DNA from: the human T2T-CHM13v2.0 reference genome, Homo sapiens
Assembly: GCF_009914755.1 (NCBI RefSeq)
Contig: NC_060933.1
Length of the DNA: 64,000 nt
Reading direction: 5' to 3' (one strand)
Part shown: piece after piece, positions 32,130 to 44,602 of the stretch
Layout: every line of letters starts with the position of its first letter
How positions within the stretch are numbered: the first letter of the stretch is position 1
Program-made: the position numbers and the translations under genes
Notes under the pieces: model-generated
Seen by the model: only the letters and a program-made list of their open reading frames with translations
Databases searched by the model: none
Told to the model about the DNA's origin: nothing

Positions 32130-32144
32130 TATTCTACTGATTGA
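31677..32144 (+). CDS. L1 ORF0 homolog, open and extended to 155 aa
   Basis: gcaATGg start. MVGTPPPASLPPCSLISDCCASNQRDSVGVGPSKPG matches L1 ORF0. No stop until TGA at 32142-32144 in the TSD/flank. Expression unknown. Confidence 0.6.
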   Translation: MVGTPPPASLPPCSLISDCCASNQRDSVGVGPSKPGAGYNLLVHCFVSPSEKRSVRVGVTRFSRCRLSPLSLTRKGNSLTPCASRVRQCLALLQLVHCALHPLSCTHCLALPSEMNLVPQMEMQKSPVFCVAHAGSCRLELFLFGHRGSSSYSTD

Positions 32145-33281
32145 CACTTAGGTTGATTCCATATGTTGGCTATTATGAATTACTCCTGCAATTAACATGG
32201 GAATGCAGATATCCCTTTGACATACAGATTTACACCCAGTAGTAGGATTGGTGGAACATAAGGTAGTTCCATTTGTAGTTTTTTGAGGAACCACTATATT
32301 ATTTTCCATACTGGCTATACTAGTTTACATTACCAGCAGCAGTGTGCAAGTGCTGTGTATTTTCCACATCCTCTCCAAAACCTGTAATTTCTTCTATTTT
32401 TTATAATAGCCATCCTTGCAGTTATGAGATGATATCTCATTGTGGTTTTAATTTGCATTTTCCTAATGATTAGTAATGTTGAGCATTTTTTCATATACCT
32501 GTTGGCTATTTGAATGTCTTCTTTTGAGAAATATCTATTTAGATCCTTTGCCCATTTTTTAAATCAGGTTTTTTCTTACTAACAGAAACTGAGATGAGTT
32601 ATTTGAAGTTCTTATATATTTTGGATATTTAACTCTTTATCAGATGTATGGCTTGCAAATATTTTTCCCATTCTGTAGATTGCCACTTTACTCTGTCTTT
32701 TTCTCGAGTGTGCAAATGCTTTTTGGTTTGTTATAATCCCACTTGTTTATTTTTGTTTTGCTTGCCCATGGTTTTTGTTTCATATCCAAAATATCTATGC
32801 CCAGAACAGTGTCATGGAGTTTTCATCCTATCTTATATTCCAGTAGTTTTACAGTTTCAGATCATAGGTTTAAGTCTTTAGTCCCTTTTGCGTTGATTTT
32901 AATACCTGGTGTAAGACAAGGGTCTGATTTCATTCTTTTGCGTGTGAATATCAAGTTGTTCCAACACCATTTATCGAAGAGATTGCCCTTTCCTCATTGT
33001 GTGTTCTTCGCACCATTATAAAAAAAATCAACTGACTGCAAATACATAGATTTATTTCTGGGCTTTCTATTCTATTAATCCCTGTCTCTGTTTTTATGCC
33101 AGTACCATGATGTTTTAATTACTATAGATTTGTAATATACTTTGAAGTCAGGTATTATAATGCCTCCAGCCTTCCTCTTTTTGCGTAAGAGTGCTTTAGC
33201 TATTTGGAGTCTTCTATGGCTCCATACAAATTATAGGAGTTTTTTTCTATTTGTGTGAAAAATGTAATTGGAATTTTGATA
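32143..33281 (-). mobile_element. Older L1MA ORF2 3' region, right part of the host element
   Basis: gacacttaggttgattccatat...gatatctcattgtggttttaatttgcattt...ggaattttgata. Confidence 0.88.
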
Positions 33282-33326
33282 TGTTACTAACATATGTGTT
33301 TTGATATGTGTTACTAACTAGCACAC

Positions 33327-34790
33327 ATTTCTTCCAGTTTGAAGAAGAACCTTTAGCATTTCTTATGAGATGTGTCTGCTGGTGATGAACTCCCTCAACT
33401 TTTGTTTGTTTAGAAAAGTCTTTACCTCTCCCTCATTTCTGAAGGACTGCTTCTCCAGTTCCAGTATTCTTGGTTGGCATGTATTTTGTTTTTCCTTCAG
33501 CACTTTAAATGTATCATCCCAGTCTCTGATTAGAAATCCACTCTTGGCCTTATTGGTAATTTCATATGTTATGGGTTTCCGGTTTTATGCTTGCTTTTAG
33601 GATACTCTTGTTGTCTTTTATTTTTGACAGTTTGCTTATAACATGGATTAGGCTAGTCTTGTTTGGATTGCATCTGAATGGAGACATTGGCAATCCCATA
33701 CCCATATATCTTTTGCCAAATTTAGAAAGTTTTCTGCTATTATTTCTTTAAATAATCTTTCTACCTTTTTGTCTTTCTCTTCTCTTTTATGAACATCTAT
33801 GAGCTGAGCATTTGCTCTTTCAATGCTGTAAATCCTGCAAACTTTCTTACTACCTTTCCATTCTTTTTTTCTCCTTTGATTGTATATTTTCAAATAACCT
33901 CTCTTCAAGTTTACAGATCCTTTCTTGTGCTTTATTCTGCTATTGATGCTATCTATTGCATTTTATTTTTTTCATTGCATTTTTCGTCTTCAGAATTTCA
34001 TTTTGATGTTTACATTTCAGCCTCTTTGTTACATTTCTCATTTTGGTTACTTATTTTTTTCCTGATTTTATTAAATTGTTTCTCCATGTTTGCTTGAAGT
34101 TCACTGATCTTTCTTAGAATAATTATTTTGAATTATTCACCAAGCATTTAGTATATATCCATGTCTTTGAGTTCAACTACTAGAAGATTGTTTCATTTTT
34201 TTTGGTGGTTTTATGTCCTCCTGGTTTTTCTTGCTCCATTCCGCTTATGTCTGTGCCTTTGAAAGAAGTAGAGACTTATTCCAGTCTTCACAAACTGGCT
34301 TTTTCTGGAACACCCTTCACCAATCAGGCTGTCCAGAGATGTTCAGCAGGCCATCTGGCACCATCCAAGGGAATGCTTACTGCTAATATCTTTGAGTAGG
34401 CCCTGGGTCAGCAGGTGAACAGACCCAGAGCCTGTATCTCTGGTGGCTGGCTTGGAACCTGGTTCACAGAGGCTGGCCTGGCTCTGGGGTGAGCCTTGAG
34501 CATGAGTCTTCTGGGACTGGACAGGTACTAAGATGGGCCTAGTGCTTGGATCCACTGTAATGGACCTGAATCCTAAGTCCACAGGGGCTGACCTGCTGTT
34601 GCAGTAGGTCTAGATCCTTGGTCCATGGAAGCAGGTGTGAGTCTTGGTTTTCCAGTGGCTGGCCTGGAGTCTGGGTCTATAGGGGTCATCTTGGTACCTC
34701 AATCCATAGGGTTAGACATGGCATCAGGGCTTACTGGGGTGGGGCTGGCCTCTGGGTCTGCTGAATCAGGCCTAGACCCTGGGTCACTAA
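33327..34790 (-). mobile_element. Old L1 (L1M) ORF1 region and repeat-containing 5' region
   Basis: Minus ORF 33648-33908 EEKDKKVERLFKEIIAENFLNLAKD is ORF1-like. GC-rich gggctg.cctg..ctgggtc repeats at 34400-34790. Confidence 0.75.
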
Positions 34791-35584
34791 GGAGGGCATA
34801 ATCACACCTACCTTATCCACTTAACAAGAAAATTTTTTAAAATTACTAAAGAAGTAGTATCTTCCCCATAATTCATAGTAACCTTTGTTGTCTTCTCTTG
34901 AGACTTTGACTTCTGGGGAATCTTTCAGCATCCAAAGTTAAGCACATAGGAATCCTGATATTACTAAATATCTCAACTTCAAGAATGTGGCTCAGAATTC
35001 CTATCCATAATTAATGTATTTATTGGATACCAAGAAATATATAGATCACATATATCAATAAGATAAAAAGATAAAAAGTCATAAGATTATAACAGAGGCA
35101 GATTACTTGATGGCCCAGTTAATAAATTATTTGAAATGGGGTTGCTATACAGTTCTTCCTCCATAATTTCTTTAGACATGCTGCAGTGAAACCTTTGTTC
35201 TTTTAGCCTTTCTCACTTTTCAATAATAAATATTGGTGCTCACTATATTTGGGGCTGGATTCAGAATCAGACATAAGGGACTCTAATTCCAGGCTATAGC
35301 ATCAGTGTCAAGTCATACTCATGGCTGTCACTGGGAAGTTACATTAGAAAACAACTTCTGTTTCTGAACAAATACCCTGTCCCTTGGCTTTCCTTGACCA
35401 AAGGTAGAGTGAATTAGAAAAGAATATAAGGATAGAGTAATTTCAAGAGTAAAGGGTTTGCTCATTTCTGTTAGCAGTGGCAGACCCAAGTTGGTGTGGC
35501 CTAGAAAAACCTCTATTATACAAGGAGGTATGTACAATAACCTCTCCTACATAACCTGTGTTATGTATAATGTTATATTTACCT

Positions 35585-36035
35585 TGCTTTAGTCAGATTG
35601 TCTATGGAGAAGACTCTAAGGTAAGAGTAAACATGAAAATTTATTAGAGGAAATATCTGTGAGAGAAGGAGGAGGGGAGGCCTTGGAAGCTGAGAGAGCC
35701 ATCAGAATACACTGCGGATATGAGTCTGTATGAAGGAGAAAAGGAAGGAAGGGAAGGGTGAACACATCTGAGACTGCAGTGCAGTTATAAAGAAGATTCA
35801 ACAATATCCTCCGGAAGTCCTAGAATCCAAGTTTCCCATCGAAGTATTTCTGTGTCTCCCAGGAGCAGACCTACTTTTAGTGTCCCTGCTGTTCTCAAAC
35901 ATTGACTGGGAGCAGCAAATGGAAAGAATTTGCCTTGGCATGAATGTGGAGATAAATTTCAGACAGCAGCTGGGGCCATGGGTCAATTATTCCGTCTGCA
36001 AGGAGAAATCTAAATGGCATTCTCATGGCTGCCAC
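35585..36035 (-). mobile_element. Ancient ERVL LTR (LTR40-like)
   Basis: Reverse complement starts tggcagccatgagaatgccatttagatttctcc...ccccagctgctg; similar to 14660-15075. Confidence 0.5.
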
Positions 36036-36260
36036 GTATTCTACAGTGTGGTCTTTGTTTGATGACTACTTGTCTTCTACAGAATAGGGATGAACAATGA
36101 CAAAACATAAACTCTTTTCTTAAACGAAAACCCCAAAATGCTATAACTATCAACCTATTTCTAATTGAGGATTAGTAAGCTTATAGCAAGAATATATTCC
36201 AAGTTGCTTGGCAGCTTGATCACTAGAGAAAACATCTGTTGTTTATCAGGAAATCATGCC

Positions 36261-36306
36261 AATCCCAAGTATTCCCAAATATTCCCAAATATATTCCCAA
36301 ATATTC
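36261..36306. repeat. Short tandem repeat (attcccaaat), ~4 units
   Basis: aatcccaagt attcccaaat attcccaaat atattcccaaat attc. Confidence 0.85.
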
Positions 36307-38114
36307 TTGAACACAGATTATATAACAATATAATTTTTTATCATTCTCTACAACAGAAAGTATTTACTTCTTCTCACTGCTACATAGTTTAAATCATTTT
36401 TTTCTGTAAAGTCTGACATCCTGAAGCTATTGCAAAGCTACACAGTCATTTATGTATCCATTTGTTATCATGAATTTCATTATTTTTAAATTCCCCTAAA
36501 TGACTGAATTTTATAACAGATCCAGATGCTCTATACAGAGGCAAAACTATTTTATACCTATAATGAGCACATTTTACAAGAAAAATACCACATATTTTAG
36601 TGTCCCTGAAGCATACTTAAGACCTAGTTATTGGTTACTTCAGCAAAGGTCAGTTCTATATTTTCAGCCAATTTATAGTTTGCTTGTTTTGAGTCTGGGG
36701 TACTTGTTATAGGCTGATGCAAAACAGAAACATATTTATATGTTGATTATAAATAAGGGCAACATATAAATGTAGCATTTATTCCATGTCTTATCTTGTT
36801 CTCGGTAAATTTAGTGATGATATAACATATAATACTCAAGAGGTCCTGTTTGTTTGTTGCTAAAAATAGTTGGCTTTCAGTTGTGATGATATACAAAGGG
36901 CACATTTATAGAGTGTAATGGAATTTGATAAAGACCTCATTATGTCTCTGCTTTGTTCTGAAAATGTCAAACAAATATAGTTTTGTTCACAATGGGTAGA
37001 ACATAGAGCACACATAGAGCAAAAGCTGAAGGCTAAAATTTTTTATTTGGCCTTAGTTAAAAATAACTATAAAATAACTACAAAAGTTGTATAAAACATG
37101 GTTGTTTTTAACAAGTGACTTTGTTCAGTAAAATTACCATAAAATGTGTCTCTATTGGGCAATGAATTTGCTCCCTTAAACTGTAAGTGAACTTACCAGC
37201 TTTATGTTGATTATTGTACTACTCTGCAAATAAACTCAACAATTTTGTGCTAACTAACTCGTCTGGTAGCTTGGCTTTAGCCTTTAGCCCCTTTGAAATA
37301 GAGATTGCCTATAGCAATATAGATTGCTTGTCCAATTATAACAAATGTAATTAGAAGTTCAAAAGAAAAGGGCAAAAAAAGCCCTTAATCAAACTTAACC
37401 AAAGTTGCCAAGGTAAGACAACTTTTGTGTAAATACATTTACATTTGTAATGAAAATGATTGGTTACTATGTCTTAAAAATTAATGCTATTTTAAACAGT
37501 TTCTATACCTGGAATAGCTTTTTTCTCTACATTTTTCTATATATGCAGATCCTATCCATCCTGTTCAACCAACTTTTCACAAACCTTCTGCTGAATCCCA
37601 GAGCTGGAAATAATCACTGCTTTATGTAATCAAGTCGTTCATGGTCATTTCTTGTACTGTTAAAAATATATTGGAATCAATTTTGACATATTACAATATT
37701 CTAAAAGCTCATTTCATGAAGGGCATTTACTTTTTAATGCCTTATTTATTTTTATCAAAGTATATGAAGGGGATATAAATACATATTTTACAATAACCAC
37801 TATATATATATTTCCTTTCATCTCCTATTCCCATATTCTCTGAAACTTCTCTGTTTGCATCAATTTCTCAGTCCTGAAATATGTCTCCTTCCATCCTCAA
37901 TCCATCATCCTGTATCATATGGCTGTTTCTCTCATTGTCTTCCTTCCTTTATCTTCTTTATTTTAATTATACCAATGATTTGACCTTTCTTTCCTCTAGG
38001 TCTTGGAATTCTGATGGACAAAACCAACATTGCCTCTGGCAGGAAGGAAGAAAAAGAAGTCAATGAATATCTTGTGCTAAAATTTGTGTCTTGTTTTCTT
38101 TGAAGTCAATGTAA

Positions 38115-38420
38115 ACACTTCATTGAGCACCTACTATGTGTCATGCACTGTACCAAGTAAATAACTGAGATAGAACAGTGAACGAGGTAGATTCATGCCT
38201 GGCTCTCCTAGAGCTGATAGTGTTACGGAAATTCAGACAAGTGAACAGACAACTATAAGACATTCTAATTATTATTCTTAAGAGTATTTCTGAGGGAAAG
38301 ATATGGTATAGTGGAGGGATAGAGAAGAGTTATCCAGCAAAACGTTCTAAAGAGCCTGGGATGCTCAGGAAACTGTAAGTCATTCATTTTGCTGGATCAT
38401 AGCATCTGATGTGATATTTC
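38115..38420 (-). mobile_element. L2 LINE remnant
   Basis: cattgagcacctactatgtgtcatgcactgtac...aacagtgaacgagg. Confidence 0.6.
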
Positions 38421-39352
38421 AGAGTTGAGTGGTAATTCAGAAACATATCACAAATAGCCTCACAAAACATATTACAGAATTCCTTCATCATATTTTATTT
38501 AGTATACGTTCTTCCCCCTTGTCAACACTTTGAAAGCAAAGATTGTTTTACCCACACATATATTTTGAAGTACCATTCACAGCACCCAACACCAAGTGAG
38601 TTCTCATTGTCTTCCTATGAATTTCATTATATAGAATTACTTGTCTTGTTAATAATAATGTATATCCGTCATTAGCATCCATACCCACTAAAAACTGTCC
38701 TTTGTGACTCAGTTTTCTTAGTGTTTCTGATCCATTGAAACATCTCATCAAATAGACACAGTAATACCAAAGTTTTCTACTTAAGTAATGGCTTATATGG
38801 TCCATATGAAGAACTTGAAACTTAAAGAGATAACTTGCCCAAGAGCATACATTAGAAATGAAAATTACCTATATATAGCACATCTTTTGTTTCATTTTTC
38901 CTTCACTGCTTTCCTCCTGCCACAGAGAATAAGAGGTGGAAAACTGGGAAACTGATATTTAAGACAAGTAGAAAACAATTCCTCTATCATCACTTCTCCA
39001 AAATCTTAAGAGACGTTGCATCCTAGAAGATATAGTTATCACAAATAAATTTTATTGATATATATATAAATAAATTTTAGAGGTGGTAGTTTCTATCATC
39101 AGAACAATTTAACAGTAGACACTATGAATTACTGATTCTATGAACAGAATTGAGCCAAATAAAAATTTTCCTGGGATCCAAACAATATGCAGACTCATTA
39201 GAGAAGAGATGCTCCAGGTGTATGTTAAAACCCAAGGTTTAAATTTGAAGTGTTATTTCCAGCTGCAAATTGGAGTTTCTGATGATAGTCACATAGAAGA
39301 ACTGAGTTCTAAGCTAAGAACAAATCCTACTACTTCTCTGTTGGCAAAAAAA

Positions 39353-39953
39353 TATATATATATATATATTATATATATACACGTGTGTATATATACTATA
39401 TACACACGTGTGTATATATACTATATACACACGTGTGTATATATACTATATACACACGTGTGTATATATACTATATACACACGTGTGTATATATACTATA
39501 TACACACGTGTGTATATATATATACACACGTGTGTATATATATATACACACGTGTGTATATATATAGTATATATACACACACGTGTATATATAGTATATA
39601 TATATACTATATATACTATATATATACTATATATACTATATATATATACTATATATACTATATAGTATATATATAGTATATATAGTATATATATAGTATA
39701 TATACTATATAGTATATATATATTCTACATATATATACTATATATATACACGTGTGTATATATACTATATATACACACGTGTGTATATATACTATATATA
39801 CACACGTGTATATATAGTATATACACACGTGTGTATATAGTATATATACACACGTGTGTATATACTATATATACACACGTGTGTATATATAGTATATATA
39901 CACATATATAAACGTATATATATATACACACACACACATATATATATATATAT
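39353..39953. repeat. Complex TA-rich minisatellite with 25-bp palindromic units
   Basis: Unit ctatatacacacgtgtgtatatata starts at 39396, 39421, 39446, 39471 and 39496; central (tatatac)/(gtatata) block; 15 CACGTG. Confidence 0.95.
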
Positions 39954-40439
39954 TTCTCCTTGGTTCATGAATGTGTTAAAAAAGTGACAGAAAAAATGAA
40001 AGTCAAAATCATCTAGAAAAGACTCAGTATTACTTGTGACATAGTAATTATTTGTTAATTATGTAATTAACACGATTGTCAGTTACGATAATTGTCCACC
40101 ACTATCCATTCTCACTGGTATCCTTTCCTGTCAAGGTTTTAGCTGGGCATTTGAGCACCTAGTTATACATGTCATTGCCCAGTTTTCTCTTGCTGATAAA
40201 CATGGCTATCTGACTAAGCTTTGGACCAAGCTTGATATGTAAACTGAAGTAACATATGCAACTTTTGGAACATTTGCTTTTAAGGATATATTTTTTAAAA
40301 ACAGTTTTAAAAAGCACACCAATAACAACTTGTACTGAAGTCTCAAAAAATAATTTTATTTAAATGAAATACAAAAAAGCAGCTTTCACATTATCGGAGT
40401 TTGACAATGTAGGATTTTATATGAAAAGTGTGAAGTTGG

Positions 40440-40726
40440 GGCCATATGCTGTGGCTCATGCCTGCAAGCCCAGCACTTTGGAAGAACAAGGCAGGTGGAT
40501 CACTTGAGGCCAGGAGTTCCGAACTAACTTGGCCAGCATGGTGAAACCCTGTCTCTACTAAAAATACAAAATCTAACTGGATTTGGATTTGGTGGTATGC
40601 TCCTGTAATCCAGCTACCAGGGATGCTGAGGCACGAGAATCACATGAACCCAGGAGGTGGAGGTTGCAGAGAGCTGAGATCGTGCCACTGAACTCCAGCC
40701 TTGGAAACAGAGCGAGACCCTGTCTT
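40440..40726 (+). mobile_element. Diverged dimeric Alu (AluJ/early S) lacking a poly(A) tail
   Basis: gtggctcatgcctg...actaaaaatacaaaa...gagcgagaccctgtct, followed directly by L1 sequence. Confidence 0.9.
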
Positions 40727-41935
40727 ACAGACAACCGAAGCTAAAATGGACAAATGGGATCACAAAAAGTTAAAAAGTTTCAGCACAGCAAAGGATACGT
40801 TCAACAAACTGAAGAGACAACCCACAGAATGGGAGAAAATATTTGCAAAATACCCATCTTACAAGGATAACCAAAATGTATAAAGAGCACAAACAACTCT
40901 CTAAGAATAAATCTAATGATCCAGTCAAAAAAAAGGGCAAAAGATTTAAATAGATATTTCTCAAAAGAAGACATACAAATGGAAAACAGGCATAGGAAAA
41001 GGTGCTCAACATTATTGATCATCAGAGAAATGCAAATCAAAACTATAATGCGATATCATCTCACCCCAGTTAAAATGGCATATATTCAAAAGACAGAGAA
41101 TAACAAATGCTGGTGAGGATGTGGAGAAAAGGGATTCCTTGTGAACTGTTGGTGGGAATGTAAATTAGTGAAACTACTGTAAAGAACAGTTTGGAAGTTC
41201 CTTAAAAAACTAAATGTTGAGCTAACATATGATCCAACAATTCCATTGGTTGGTATCTACCCAAAGGAAAAGAAATAAGTATAACAAAGAAATATCTGCA
41301 TTCCTATGTTTGTTGCAGCACTATTTATAGTAGCTGATGTTGGGAAGTAACATAAGGGTTCATCAACAGATTAACAGATAAAGAAAATATGGTACACATA
41401 CACAATAAAGTACTATTTAGCCATAAGTGAATGAGAAGCAATCATTTGCAACAACATGGATGGAACTGGAGATGATGAATATGTTAAGGAAAATAAGGCA
41501 GGCACAGAAAGACAAACATCATATATTCTCATTTATTTGTGGGATCTAAAGCTCAAAAGAATTGAAATCATGGACATAGAGAGTAGAAGGATGGTCACCA
41601 GAGACTGGGAAGGGTAATGGGAGGTTTGGGGATAGGTGGAATGATTAGTGGGAACAAAAAAATAGAAAGAATGAATAAGACCTACTATTTGATAGCACAA
41701 CAGGGTGACTATAGTCAATAATAACTTAAATGTATATTTTAATATGTCTTAAAGAGTGTAACTGAATTGTTTGTAACTCAAAGGATAAATGCTTGAGGAG
41801 ATAGATACCCCATTTTCCATGATGTACTTATTTCATGTTCCATGCCTGTATCAAAACATCTCATATACTCCACAAATATATGCACCTACTGTATACTCAC
41901 AAAAATTAAAAATAAAAATATATAAATAAAAATAA
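40727..41935 (+). mobile_element. 5'-truncated L1MA1/2-type LINE-1 with A-rich tail
   Basis: ORF2 text KMDKWDHKKLKSFSTAKDT; 3'UTR gaatgaataagacctactatttgatagcacaacagggtgac; tail at 41901-41935. Confidence 0.9.
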
Positions 41936-41987
41936 AAAGTGTTTTTTAAAAAGACAAGCAATAACAAGTGTTAGTGAGGACATGGAG

Positions 41988-42362
41988 TATATTAGTCCAT
42001 TCTCATGCTGCTAGTAAAGACATACCTGAGACTGGGTAATTTATAAAGGGAAGAGGTTTAATTTACTCACAGTTCTGCATGGCTGAGAAGGCCTCAGAGA
42101 ACTTACAATCATGGCAGAAGGGGAAGTAAGCATGTCATTATTCACAGGGCGGCGGGAAGGGGAAGTGCAGAGCGAAAGGGAGAAAAGCCCCTCATAAAAC
42201 CATCAGATCTTGTGAAAACTAACTCGCTATCACAATAACAGGATGTGGAAAACCACTCCCACAATCCAGTTTTCTCCACCTGGTCCCTCCCACGACACGT
42301 GGGGATTATGGGAGCTTCAATTCAAGGTAAGATTTGGGTGGGGACACAGCCAAACCATATCA
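41988..42362 (-). mobile_element. Solo THE1 (THE1C-like) LTR
   Basis: tatattagtccattctcatgctgct...gccaaaccatatca; perfect 5-bp TSD tggag at 41983-41987 and 42363-42367. Confidence 0.93.
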
Positions 42363-42497
42363 TGGAGTTAAGGGAATCTTGCACACTTTTCTTGGGAATA
42401 TAAATTAGTACAGTCATTATAGAAAATAGTGTGGAGTCTCCTCACGTAAATAAAAATAGAATTACCATTTAATGCAGCAGTTCCACCTCTGGGTATA

Positions 42498-42937
42498 TAG
42501 TTGACTCTTTGGCAACATAGGTTTTAACTGCAAAGATCCACTTATACATAAGTATTCTTCCACCTCTGCTACCTTTGAGACTGCAAGACCAGCCCCTCAT
42601 CTTTCTTCTCCCCCTCAGCCAACTTAACATGAAGATGATGAGTATGAAGACCTTTATAATGATCCACTTCCACTTAATGAATAATACATACATGTTCTCT
42701 GCCTTATGATTTTCTTACTAATATTTTCTTTTCTCCAGCTTACTTTATTGTAAGAATACGGTATAGAATATAACATATGAAATATGTGTTAATCAATTGT
42801 TTATGTTTTCAGTAAGGCTTCCAGTCAATAGCACACTACTAGTAGTAAAGTTTTTGGAGAGTCAAAAGTTATACATGGATTTTCAATTGAATGAGGACTC
42901 AGTGCTTCTTGCCCCCACATTGTTCAAGGGACAACTA
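42498..42937. mobile_element. Tigger2a (MER28-like) DNA transposon
   Basis: TIRs (c>t)agttgactctttggcaaca / tgttcaagggacaact(g>a); TA on both sides; ~440 bp. Confidence 0.88.
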
Positions 42938-44309
42938 TATATTCTAAGGAAATTAAATCCATATGTCAAAAGGATATCTGCATTTCAGTGTTCATTGCAG
43001 CTTTATTTACAATAGCCAAGATGTTGTGTCCATCAGTGGATTGGATTTTTAAAATGTGGTATATGTACTCAGTGGAATGCTATTGGGGGTTGATAAAGAA
43101 AAAAAATCCTGTCATTTGCAACAACATGAATAAACCTGGATGACATTATATTAAGTGAAGTAAGCCTGGCACAGAAGCACAAATACCATATTATCTCACT
43201 TATATGTGGAATCTAAAAAGTCAAACTCAATGAGAGTAAAATGATACTTTCCACGGGCTAGGGCAGCAGGGAGGTAGGAGTTAGAGAGATATCAGTCAAA
43301 AGATACAAAATTTCAGTTAGAAGGAATAATTTCCAGGGATCTATTGTACAACATGGTGCCTATGGTTACATATAAATTATCAAGTATACATATTGTATAC
43401 TTGGTAATTTCTAAGAGAATAAATTTTAAATGTTCTCACTACAAAAAAAGTGAGGTAAATGATATGTTAATTAGCTTGATGTCACCATTCCACAATGTAT
43501 ATACATGTATAAAAACATCATGATGTATCCCACAAATATGTACAATTTTTATCAATTTAAAATTAATGAATTTGTTAAAACAAATAAAGAATAGCACCTA
43601 GTACAGTACCCATAAGTGCCTATTAACTGTTATTTATTATTCTCATTTGCTAAGCAGAGAGCACAAATTATTATATTTAATTCCAACAACAGCTTTGTGT
43701 GACAAAAACTAGGATAATTGCCATTGTAATGGTAAATGGTAGAGCTGGAATTCGAACTGTGTTTATGTGATTGGAGGGACCACATTGCTTAAAAATATAA
43801 AAATATTTTAGATTTTAGTATAAATGACCATGTTTTAAAACACCACAAAAAATAGAAGGTAAATTGTGTAATAAGAAAGCAAAAATTTATATGAAGCTGA
43901 GTTAACATCTTTTGTATATGCACATACAATTAAGAAAAAACTGAAAATATCAGTTTTATGAGGATAAACGCAATTCACACAAAAATTAAACAAAAAGAAT
44001 AGTTGCTCTAGCAAATACATGATTGACCTTTCATCAGCAAAAATAAAAATAAAAAATTTAAAAAAATTATATCCTCAAAAGTAAGGATCAGAAATAATTT
44101 TACACTGCAAGCGATATTTAACACTCATATGGCATTTGGAGATGGGCCCTTTTACAACTTTTTCAACTTGAATGTAAGCTATTTGATAACATATATCAAA
44201 ACCATAAACGTACACAACTGTAGACCTGGTTATTTCACCACTAGGAAATACGAGATGTTTACCTATAAGCTTGTGGATGTGACAATTCTGTATATAAAAG
44301 TAAAAAATT

Positions 44310-44602
<293 letters not shown>

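Larger units (their letters stand above)
41948..43563 (+). mobile_element. Older L1MA 3' end interrupted by THE1 and Tigger2a
   Basis: aaagacaagcaataacaagtgttagtgaggacatggag|...|taagggaatc...ctgggtata|...|tattctaaggaaattaaatc...3'UTR; reads through once the inserts are removed. Confidence 0.82.

Noticed and set aside
39396-39520. Regular palindromic repeats resembling a CRISPR array
   Set aside because: No unique spacers, no cas genes, primate context; it is a minisatellite.
39140-39937. ORFs of up to 178 aa rich in Y/I/H/T/C/V
   Set aside because: Artefacts of translating the stop-poor TA/CA repeat.
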